The notes under the pieces were generated by a model, which did not search any database, was not told the DNA's origin, and was given only the letters and a program-made list of their open reading frames with translations. DNA of 64,000 nucleotides from Macrostomum lignano (Eukaryota), in contig NIVC01002028.1 of assembly GCA_002269645.1 (NCBI GenBank), positions 112,886-176,885 of the forward strand, written 5' to 3'. Below are positions 10,341-21,200 of the stretch, one piece after another; the first letter of the stretch is position 1, and each line of letters opens with the position of its first letter. The translations under genes and the position numbers were made by a program.

Positions 10341-13300
10341 CAAGGAGCAATCCCGTGCTTCATGCTATTTTTATACCTGGAGAGGCAAATGGCAAGCCGT
10401 GCCGCTGGCTGCTGGACACCGGAGCGCAGACCTCACTGATCAGCGACGTTGCTTTGAGAGAGCTGGACGGTCGCTGCGAGCTGAAGCCGGCAGATGTCAG
10501 GCCTGTGTCCGTGGACGGCTCCGTTCTCGAGCTGTTAGGAAGCGTGAGCATTACGGTGCGACTCAGTCATCAGCTGCGCAGACAAATGGACGTGCTGGTG
10601 GTCAGAGGGATTCGCCCAAACTTCATCCTGGGGATGGATTTCGTGAGCAAGGCGGCCAGATCGCAGTTCAGCATTGACCAGGGTGCCAAGACAGTCGCAT
10701 TCGATGGTGAGGCGGTTCCGTTCAGTAACTGCGATTCCAAGCAAGATGGCCCGCTGTCTTGTTGCTTGGTACCCACAGTGATCATCGCCAGAGTTCAGGG
10801 CGCCGTCGTGGTACCGCCAAGGTCAGTTAAAGTGGTGGACGTGACGACCTAGACCAAGCAGGCACATGGCATCTTCGAGCCGTCACAGGAATTCATCGAC
10901 AGAATCGGAGTGCTGCCCGGCCGCGTGTTCGCGGTGTCTTCAGAGAGCGGCAAGATTCCGGTTCAGGTGTGCAACCTCAGCTGCAGCCCGGTCACGCTGT
11001 TTTCCAACCAGAGCATCGGCACCTTCGAGAGCGCGGAGGTTATCGACGAGGACGAGGACGTGCACGAGTGGCGAGGCCCCGCAGACCAGTTCAACATCAA
11101 TCCGGAGCTGCCGGAGGAGGACAGCAACCGTTTAGCAATGCTGCTGAGGGCATTTGCCGACCTGGTCTCAGTCCATGAGTTCGACGTTGGTACGAGCAGT
11201 TCAAGATTGAGCTGGACGACGGCGCTCGCCCGATTCGCCAACGGCCTCGGCGGGTGCCTCACGCCTTCAGGAGGCAAGTGGACGAGAAGCTGGAGCAGAT
11301 GCGACAACACGGCGTCATTGAGCCCTCCACCAGCCCGTGGGCGAGCAACCTGATAATCGTCAGAAAGAAGAATAATGACATCCGAGTCTGTGTAGACTGG
11401 CGGGCGCTGAACAACCTCACAGTGAAGGACGCCCACCCGCTGCCGCATTTGCACCAAGCGCTCGACTCCTTGGCTGGCTGCTCATGGTTCTCTACGATCG
11501 ACATGCGCCAAGGCTTCCTTCAGGTGGAGGTCAGAGAGGAGGATCGGCCGTTGACAGCGTTCTACACTCCGAGCGGCCTGATGCAATTCCGCAAAATGGG
11601 ATTCGGCATGTGCAACGCGCCTGCGACGTACCAGCGAATGATGGAGCTCATCATGACCGGCCTGAGCTGGGAGGAGGTCATCGCGTACATTGATGACCTG
11701 ATCATCTTCAACAGGGACTTTGAGAACCACGTTCAGTCACTGTCCAAGGTGCTGCATCGACTGCGGTCTGCCAAGCTGAAGCTGAACCCAGGCAAGAGCT
11801 TCCTTGCCTACCGGAGCGTCACGTACCTGGGTCACCAAGTCTCTGAGAGCGGCATCGCACCTGCCGCGGAGAAGGTCGAGGCGATCAGGCGGATGCCGGA
11901 GCCGCAGTCTGAGGAGGATGTTCGACGCATCATCGGCATGCTCAGCTTCTACCGCAGGTTCGTGCCCAACTTCTCTGACATTGCCAAACCGCTGCATCAC
12001 CTGGCTCAGAAAGGCGCGGGCGGCGGCTTTGTGTGGACGTCAGAGCATGCTGCGGTGCTGAACAAGTTGAAGGACGCGCTGACCCAGGCCCCGGTGCTCT
12101 AGCTGCCCGACTTCAGCCGGCCTATCGTCATCAGCTGTGACAGCAGTGCTGTGGCCTTGGGTGCGGTGCTCAGCCAGGAGCGCGACGGCCAGGAGCTGCC
12201 AGTGGCCTACGCTTCTTGGACGCTGATCAAGGCAGAGCGCAACTACAGCACCACGGACCGGGAGCTGCTCGCGATTGTTTGGAGCCTCAAGCAGTTCCGC
12301 ATGTACCTGAGCAACAGCTGCAAGATCCAGGTGTTCACCGACAACAAGCCGATCACTGGGCTGCTCAACGCGAAGGAGCCAACCGGTCGGCTGGCACGTT
12401 TTTTTTTTATTAGAGGCAGGGGGGTTGTGTGCACCCTGGCGCACTTTAAGCGACATAGGCACACAACCGGCGAGAGGCATTACTGCCCATTCCGCCGACT
12501 CCCCTGAGCAGGCATACAAGCGCGCGGATACGTACGCAGGCACACACTCACACAGGAGTGTACAGCGGCCCTAACTTTTATTTATCGTTAGGCATGTACA
12601 CTTCACTGCGCCTTGGGGGGTTGGCTCTCAAGGCCGTTAATTGCACGAGCAGAGCCAAGCCGAGATTCCAATTCAGCCCCAAACTAATGTGACTGCACTT
12701 GGAATCGAGCCTGGGTCGCTGGCACACCAGAGCAGCTGCGCTACCGCTGGGCTACGGCCCCCCTCGGCTGGCACGTTGGCTGCAGCTCATTCAGGAGTTC
12801 CCCCTGCAAATCCTGTACCGGCCCGGCAAGGCCAGACACCCTCAGCCGAGCAGCGGCGGTGCAGTTCCAGATCGCTAATCTGCCTGACGAGCAGGACCAG
12901 GACCAGGTTCTGCACGCGGTTCGGCACGCGATGCTCCAGCCCAACTTTCAAGTTCCGGCGGCGGTGAGTGCATCGGTCCAGAAGCTGCTGCCCTGTCTGA
13001 CGCTGTCACCGGACGGCGCACTGCTCCACAACGGGTTGCCGGTGATCCCCCAGCACATGAGAGCGGAGCTGCTGCAACAGGCGCACGACCGGCCGAGCGC
13101 GGGTCACCTCGGACAGCGGCGGGTGCTGCGGGCTCTGCGCGAGCGTTCCTGGTGGCCGGACATGCGCGAGGACGTGCGGGACTGGGTGCGGAGCTGCCTG
13201 GTCTGCCAACGACGCAAGGGAGCGCCAAAGCGAGCGCGCGCTGAGCTGGTGCGGCAGCCGCTACCGGCCAAGCCGTGGGCTGTCATGCAACTCGACATCA

Positions 13301-14301
13301 AGGGCCCACTGCCAGTCACCGAGTCTGGCAAGCGCTACATCATCTGCTTTGTCGACACATTTTCAAAGTGGGTGGAGGCGGCGGCCCTCAGCCAGATCGA
13401 CGCCAAGACGGTAGCCGAGGCTCTGGTGACCTGTGTGGTGCTGCGGCACGGAGTTCCGGAGGTCGTGCACTCGGACCAAGGTCGCCAGTTTGAGGCCGAA
13501 GTTTTCAAGCAGACCTGCGCGCTGCTTGGAGCAGAAAAATCGAGGACCTCACCGTTTCACCCCAGCGGCAACGGGAACGTCGAGAGGTTCAATAGGACGC
13601 TGGGCAACATGCTCTCCGCATTCTGCTCAGAGAATCAGGCCAGCTGGGACGCCCTGCTGCCCTATGTCGTGTGGGCCTACAGCAGCTCTGAGCACAGCTC
13701 CACGGGCGAGTCGCCGTTCAAAGTGCTACGCGGCATCGAGCCCAGACTGCCGGTCGACTTGGCACTCGGTGGGCAGCGCGACCAGCCGCAGGACTGCGCG
13801 GACCTGCAGGCGAGAATCAGGCGCGGCTTTCAGGTAGTGCGGGCGCACCTGCACACGGCCCAGAAATCGCAGCACGAGTTCTACAACCTAGGGGCAGAGA
13901 CTACCGACTTCAAGACCGGTGACCGAGTGATGCTGACGCACCATGCGATGAAGCGCGGCCAGTGCAAGTCGCTGTCGAACCGGTGGTCCGGCCCGTTCAT
14001 CGTCCTTAAGAAGGTCAGCCCTGTAAACTACCGGCTGCAGGCTGTGAACGGCAGGCGCCGCTTGCTGGTCCACCACGACCGCTTGAAGCGCTTTATCGAC
14101 CGACCGAATCTGAGCGGCAGGCCGCCAGCCAAGCCGGCCACCGAGGACGACTGTCAGAGCGTCGAGGACGCCGCGGGCCAGCTGGCCGGCCCGGACGCCT
14201 GGGAGCCGCTGCGCAACCTGGACGCGGCTGAACCCGGCAACACGGTGCGCCGGTCGGGCAGGCAGCGCCGGCGGCCGGATTTTTACACGGCGACCTGTTG
14301 A
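10311..14301 (+). pseudogene. pol: Gypsy pol (PR-RT-RNaseH-integrase), disabled
   Basis: LLDTGA protease; VCVDWRALN and YIDD in RT; CDSS...ELLAIV RNase H; HHCC zinc finger and D,D(35)E integrase (QLDIKGP, HSDQGRQFE, NGNVERFN). Stops at 10850 and 12100, frameshifts near 11200 and 12800, SINE insertion. Confidence 0.95.
12401..12763 (-). mobile_element. tRNA-derived SINE inserted in RNase H
   Basis: TSD up to 14 bp TCGGCTGGCACGTT (12387-12400 / 12764-12777). Minus strand has A box TAGCCCAGCGG, B box GGCTCGATTCC and an AATAAAAAAAAAA tail. Confidence 0.9.
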
Positions 14302-14398
14302 CGTGCTTTCTTTCTGATCGGGACTTTTTTTCGCGTTGCATGAACTTTTTTTGTTTGCTTTTGTTTTATCCCGTTTTTTTATCCCATGTATTTTTCTT

Positions 14399-14410
14399 GG
14401 GGGAGAGTGA
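14399..14410 (+). promoter_or_regulatory. Polypurine tract
   Basis: GGGGGAGAGTGA immediately before the 3' LTR. Confidence 0.85.
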
Positions 14411-14619
14411 TGTAGGGTTGCGTTTGGTTTGGGCCGTCGGGTGGGGGCTGCTCTATTAGTATATGTACTTGCATCTCGCTTTCTTCTCTGTACATGCCCA
14501 CCACCCCAGTTGGGTGAGTCACTTTAATCGATCTATCATCGCTGACTATTTAATCGCTCGTAAATTATCGTGCATCAAAATATACTTCGTAAACTTACTC
14601 TAAATTCTCGGCTCTTACA
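14411..14619 (+). repeat. 3' LTR (209 bp)
   Basis: Direct repeat of 7167-7376. Confidence 0.97.
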
Positions 14620-15249
14620 CATTTTTTTTTCTTGATATTTTTGACATTTTAAAATAAAAGAGGTAAACATATATTTGATTTAAACCTAATCTTTATATTA
14701 AGATATTTATCTTTATAGTCAACCACATAAAAGCGGTAAGTCGCGACTTCAATGCTTTGCAAGGCTGTCGATTCCCTTGAAAGCACATTAGCTGCAGTCG
14801 CCATTGCACTGTGGTGCAGCAATTGCACTTTCGCTTGTGCATATCGAGAAAGAGAAAAAGAGAGAGTCGGAGAGGAGCTCAAGCGAGTGTGGGAGAGGAT
14901 TTTTTTCGAACTACCGGAGGCAATAACCTGAGCAGCAGCTCCAGACCCAGCTCAGCAAAGTTGTAGATGCTAATGCGATAAGTTGAGGGGTACAAAGGGC
15001 CGAATCGCGGGGTTGAGTGGGCGAATTGGTTGACAAAATCAATAATGCATTTCATAGCCAGAGACTCGATCGCTCAGCTGGAAGCCAAGGTCGCATAAAC
15101 CGCGGTACTCAGTTCCGTTTCGACCAATCCTGGCTTGACTGAACCCCCCCCCTCGAGTCTTGAGCAGTGCGGAGCAGTTTTATTGCACCCCCACTGCCTA
15201 ACCTGACGGAAATTTCGCCGCTGAGAGCCACCAACTCGGCTGTTGGTCA

Positions 15250-18200
15250 ATGCGGACAGACAGATCTCCATTCTTGAGGGCGCTGCGGCTGCTGGCGATT
15301 CTGCTGCTCCAGCTGAGAGCCGTCAGAGGTAAGCTGTGCTTCTGATATGTCTGCCTGTCTTAGTGTCTGCATGTCTTAGTGTCTTCCTGTCTTAGTGTCT
15401 GCATGTCTTAGTGTCTTCCTGTCTTAGTGTCTGCCTGTCTTAGTGTCTGTCTGCCTTAGTGTCTGCCTGTCTTAGTGTCTGCATGTCTTAGTGTCTTCCT
15501 GTCTTAGTGTCTGCCTGTCTTAGTGTCTGCCTGTCTTAGTGTCTGCCTGTCTTAGTGTCTGTCTGCCTTCTTGTCTTCCTGTCTTAGTGTCTGCCTGTCT
15601 TAGTGTCTGCCTGCCTTCTTGTCTTCCTGTCTTAGTGTCTGTCTGTCTTAGTGTCTGTCTGTCTTAGTGTCTTCCTGTCTTAGTGTCTGCCTGTCTTAGT
15701 GTCTGCCTGTCTTAGTGTCTGCCTGTCTTAGTGTCTGCCTGTCTTAGTGTCTGCCTGTCTTAGTGTCTGCCTGCCTTCTTGTCTTCCTGTCTTAGTGTCT
15801 GTCTGTCTTAGTGTCTGTCTGTCTTAGTGTCTTCCTGTCTTAGTGTCTGCCTGTCTTAGTGTCTGCCTGCCTTCTTGTCTTCCTGTCTTAATGTCTGCCT
15901 GTCTTAGTGTCTGCCTGCATTTTTGTCTTCCTGTCTTAATGTCTGCCTGTCCTAGTGTCTGCCTGCATTCTTGTCTTCCTGTCTTAATGTCTGCCTGTCT
16001 TAGTGTCTGCCTGCCTTCTTGTCTTCCTGTCTTAATGTCTGCCTGTCTTAGTGTCTGCCTGCCTTTTTGTCTTCCTGTCTTAATGTCTGCCTGTCCTAGT
16101 GTCTGTCTGTCTTAGTGTCTGTCTGTCTGTCTTAGTGTCTGCCTGCCTTCTTGTCTTCCTGTCTTAGTGTCTGCCTGTCTTAGTGTCTGCCTGTCTTAGT
16201 GTCTGCATGTCTTAGTGTCTTCCTGTCTTAGTGTCTGCCTGTCTTAGTGTCTGTCTGCCTTAGTGTCTGCATGTCTTAGTGTCTGCCTGTCTTAGTGTCT
16301 GCCTGCCTTTTTGTCTTCCTGTCTTAATGTCTGCCTGTCCTAGTGTCTGTCTGTCTTAGTGTCTGTCTGTCTGTCTTAGTGTCTGCCTGCCTTCTTGTCT
16401 TCCTGTCTTAGTGTCTGCCTGTCTTAGTGTCTGCCTGTCTTAGTGTCTGCATGTCTTAGTGTCTTCCTGTCTTAGTGTCTGCCTGTCTTAGTGTCTGTCT
16501 GCCTTAGTGTCTGCATGTCTTAGTGTCTGCCTGTCTTAGTGTCTGCCTGTCTTAGTGTCTGCCTGTCTTAGTGTCTGCCTGTCTTAGTGTCTGCCTGTCT
16601 TAGTGTCTGCCTGTCTTAGTGTCTGCATGTCTTAGTGTCTGCCTGTCTTAGTGTCTGCCTGTCTTAGTGTCTGCATGTCTTAGTGTCTTCCTGTCTTAGT
16701 GTCTGCCTGTCCTAGTGTCTGTCTGTCTTAGTGTCTGTCTGTCTGTCTTAGTGTCTGCCTGCCTTCTTGTCTTCCTGTCTTAATGTCTGCCTGTCTTAGT
16801 GTCTGCCTGCCTTCTTGTCTTCCTGTCTTAATGTCTGCCTGTCTTAGTGTCTGCCTGCCTTCTTGTCTTCCTGTCTTAATGTCTGCCTGTCTTAGTGTCT
16901 GTCTGCCTTCTTGTCTTCCTGTCTTAGTGTCTGCCTGTCCTAGTGTCTGTCTGTCTTAGTGTCTGTCTGTCTGTCTTAGTGTTTGCCTGCCTTCTTGTCT
17001 TCCTGTCTTAATGTCTGCCTGTCTTAGTGTCTGCCTGCCTTCTTGTCTTCCTGTCTTAGTGTCTGCCTGTCTTAGTGTCTGCCTGTCTTAGTGTCTGCAT
17101 GTCTTAGTGTCTTCCTGTCTTAGTGTCTGCCTGTCTTAGTGTCTGTCTGCCTTAGTGTCTGCATGTCTTAGTGTCTTCCTGTCTTAGTGTCTGCCTGCCT
17201 TCTTGTCTTCCTGTCTTAGTGTCTGCCTGTCTTAGTGTCTGCCTGTCTTAGTGTCTGCATGTCTTAGTGTCTGCCTGTCTTAGTGTCTGCCTGTCTTAGT
17301 GTCTGTCTGTCTTAGTGTCTTCCTGTCTTAGTGTCTGCCTGTCTTAGTGTCTGCCTGTCTTAGTGTCTGCCTGTCTTAGTGTCTGCCTGTCTTAGTGTCT
17401 GCCTGTCTTAGTGTCTGCCTGCCTTCTTGTCTTCCTGTCTTAGTGTCTGTCTGTCTTAGTGTCTGCCTGTCTTAGTGTCTGCCTGTCTTAGTGTCTGCAT
17501 GTCTTAGTGTCTTCCTGTCTTAGTGTCTGCCTGTCTTAGTGTCTGCCTGTCTTAGTGTCTGCCTGTCTTAGTGTCTGCCTGTCTTAGTGTCTGCCTGTCT
17601 TAGTGTCTGCCTGCCTTCTTGTCTTCCTGTCTTAGTGTCTGTCTGTCTTAGTGTCTGCCTGTCTTAGTGTCTGCCTGTCTTAGTGTCTGCATGTCTTAGT
17701 GTCTTCCTGTCTTAGTGTCTGCCTGTCTTAGTGTCTGCCTGTCTTAGTGTCTGCCTGTCTTAGTGTCTGCCTGTCTTAGTGTCTGCCTGTCTTAGTGTCT
17801 GCCTGCCTTCTTGTCTTCCTGTCTTAGTGTCTGTCTGTCTTAGTGTCTGTCTGTCTTAGTGTCTGCCTGTCTTAGTGTCTGCCTGTCTTAGTGTCTGTCT
17901 GTCTTAGTGTCTGCCCGTCTTAGTGTCTGCCTGTCTTAGTGTCTGTCTGCCTTCTTGTCTTCCTGTCTTAGTGTCTGTCTGTCTTAGTGTCTGTCTGTCT
18001 TAGTGTCTGCCTGCCTTTTTGTCTTCCTGTCTTAGTGTCTGTCTGTCTGTCTGTCTGTCTGTCTTAGTGTCTGTCTGTCTGTCTGTCTTTCTGACTGTCT
18101 GTCTCCATCCCGATATCATTGCTCACTGCAGATAACAGTCAGCAATAAACTAAAGTGGTCCAAAAGCATCATTTTCAAATTAAATCGCGAACCTATTCCG

Positions 18201-21200
18201 CCTTCAGTCAAATCCCACTGAGACGGGCAGGATTAGGTGAGGCCAGAACACACTTACAGCGGGCCCTGTTTAACAGAGCAATGCTTTATTTATCAGTCAT
18301 TGCTGCGTCAGGCACCCCGCAGAATTTTTATGAGCTCCTAATGCGGTCGGTCCCGGGGATCAAGAAGCGCGCCGCGGCAGCTCCCAGATCCTCCCGCAGG
18401 CAGCGCGCGCGGTCGGGCGTGAGAAATGATTGCATTTTTCCCAGCCCGTTTTCTGTTACTCGTCCCTAACTATTTCTCTTACAGAGGCGCTGTGAACGCT
18501 TGAGCAACTTCTCTCGTGAATGAGTGCAAATTGCTGTATTATGCGTTCATAGGTATGGTAGTGAACAATCCTGGGATGAAGCAGCCAATTTGCAAGTCAA
18601 TTATCGCTAAGTTTGAAAAAGAAGCTTACTCTCTGCTGTTTATAAAGTGTTTGTTTCCTATAATAAATTTTCTTGTGCATTTTTCCGTACAAAAAATGGA
18701 AGTACCAGTACGATTTAGAAAATAACAACGAAAATAATGTTCTAGTTTTCGTACTGTTAGTAGAGTTAAACGGTGATTTGAATATTAAATATTAGTGATA
18801 TGCATATTTACGAGTAACTTCTGAGATTAACAAAAAAAACAAAAAGCGAAGGTGCTGCTGAAAATTTAGAGATGGAGTTGGCAAAATTTTATGTCAAGGG
18901 GAGAAGAAAGGCCAGCTGAGAGAGGAAAGGAGATGGAATAAAGGAGAGAGAAAATTTGAGATGAGATTTGAGATGATATTAGAGAAGAGATGGAAGAAAA
19001 GAGAGGAGGAGAGGAGAGGAGAGGAGAGGAGAGGAGAGGAGAGGAGAGGAGAGAGAGAGAGAGAAGAGAGAAGAGAGAGAAGAGAGGAGAGGGGATGAGA
19101 GAGGAGAGAGAGAGAGAGAGAAAATAGTGGAGGAAAGGAGAAAGGAGAGAGAAGAGAGGAGTGAGGGAGAGGAGAGAGGGAGAGGAGAGAGGGAGAGGAG
19201 AGAGGGACAGGAGAGAGGGAGAGGAGAGAGGGAGAGGAGAGAGGGAGAGGAGAGAGGGAGAGGAGAGAGGGAGAGGAGAGAGGGAGAGGAGAGAGGGAGA
19301 GGAGAGAGGGAGAGGAGAGAGGGAGAGGAGAGAGGGAGAGGAGAGAGGGAGAGGAGAGAGGGAAAGGAGAGAGGGAGAGGAGAGAGGGAGAGGAGAGAGG
19401 GAGAGGAGAGAGGGAGAGGATAGAGGGAGAGGAGAGAGGGAGAGGAGAGAGGGAGAGGAGAGAGGAGAGGAGAGAGGGAGAGGAGAGAGGGAGAGGAGAG
19501 AGGGAGAGGAGAGAGGGAGAGGAGAGGGAGAGGAGAGAAGTTTCAAAGGACCCGAAGGCCGGATAGAGAGGCTTCGCGGGCCGAATTAGGCCTGCAGGCC
19601 GGAGCTTGCCAACACCTGATTCTAAAATCAGCAATCAACCACATAATAAATTCATCTTTTTTCGTTGTTCTTAGCATTACTAGTGAAAAATATTTACAAT
19701 AACTACTAATAACTAGAAAGGGGAGACTTACAACAAAGTGGCAGCGAACGACACGGCTACGACAATGGTATATAAATCATAGAAATTCATACAATGATCT
19801 AAGACGTCTAGATTATAAAATGTAAGAGAAAGCCGCAGAAGGCCATAAAAAGTTATAGAAAGTCATAGAAAGTCATAGAAAGTAATAGAAAGTCATAGAA
19901 AGTAATAGAAAGTCATAGAAAGTCATAGAAAGACACAGAAAGTCATAGAAAGACACAGAAAGTCATAGAGGCATAGAAATATAGAAAGCCGTAGAAAGTC
20001 ATGTAAAAATCTTCGAAAGTCATTATAGGACAAAATATCAGATGTAGTTACAAAGCAATACAGATAAGCTCTGAGATATCAGAATCCGTGGTCGCGAAAT
20101 CTGCAAATCTGTATTGCAATTACTGAGCAGTTTTATCTAGCAAGACCGCATGCGTAAACTTTTGTCCTGAGGATCAGCAATAGTAGCCTCTTGTCGCGTT
20201 GGGAACTATGAAACCCCCCCCCTGAATTATCCCGGCCGCTTCGCACTGTGGTGGCAGCAATTTCATGCGGCAATCCCACATGATCCTCAATAGGGCCTTG
20301 TTAAAGCATCTCTGATTGGCTGCCGAAAAAAATCAATAAAAAGCGCAACAACTCTCTGATGGAAGCATTCGGTATATAATACATGTATTTGGCATGCTTT
20401 AGGCGTTCGGAGACCTTTGAGGCCTAAGACGTTCAGTCACTAAATTAATGACACTTTCAAGGCTGTGGGGAAATATTTTGGTGCTCTGCTGCGGCCTTGG
20501 GTGGATTGTAGAAACTGGTGAGTTTTTGTGTGTCATTCTGTCTTCCCTAATGTGTCATTATGTCTTCCCTAATGTGTCATTATGTCTTCCCTAATGTGTC
20601 ATTATGTCTTCCCTAATGTGTCATTCTGTCTTCCCTAATGTGTCATTATGTCTTCCCTGTGTCATTCTGTCTTCCCTAATGTGTCATTATGTCTTCCCTA
20701 ATGTGTCATTCTGTCTTCCCTAATGTGTCATTATGTCTTCCCTAATGTGTCATTCTGTCTTCCCTAATGTGTCATTATGTCTTCCCTAATGTGTCATTCT
20801 GTCTTCCCTAATGTGTCATTATGTCTTCCCTAATGTGTCATTCTGTCTTCCCTAATGTGTCATTCTGTCTTCCCTAATGTGTCATTCTGTCTTCCCTAAT
20901 GTGTCATTATGTCTTCCCTAATGTGTCATTCTGTCTTCCCTAATGTGTCATTATGTCTTCCCTAATGTGTCATTCTGTCTTCCCTAATGTGTCATTATGT
21001 CTTCCCTAATGTGTCATTCTGTCTTCCCTAATGTGTCATTCTGTCTTCCCTAATGTGTCATTCTGTCTTCCCTAATGTGTCATTATGTCTTCCCTAATGT
21101 GTCATTATGTCTTCCCTGTGTCATTCTGTCTTCCCTAATGTGTCATTATGTCTTCCCTAATGTGTCATTCTGTCTTCCCTAATGTGTCATTTTGTCTTCC

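Larger units (their letters stand above)
7167..14619 (+). mobile_element. Full-length Ty3/Gypsy LTR retrotransposon (non-autonomous, with two nested insertions)
   Basis: TG...CA LTRs at 7167-7376 and 14411-14619, 4-bp TSD CATT (7163-7166 / 14620-14623), PBS and PPT present, and gag-PR-RT-RH-IN domain order. Confidence 0.97.

Noticed and set aside
12690-12763. tRNA gene
   Set aside because: A and B boxes are present, but the sequence continues into a SINE body with poly-A and TSD, and no complete cloverleaf could be built.
18866-19634. Leu/Ser/Pro-rich and Glu/Arg-rich ORFs
   Set aside because: They are translations of a GA simple repeat.
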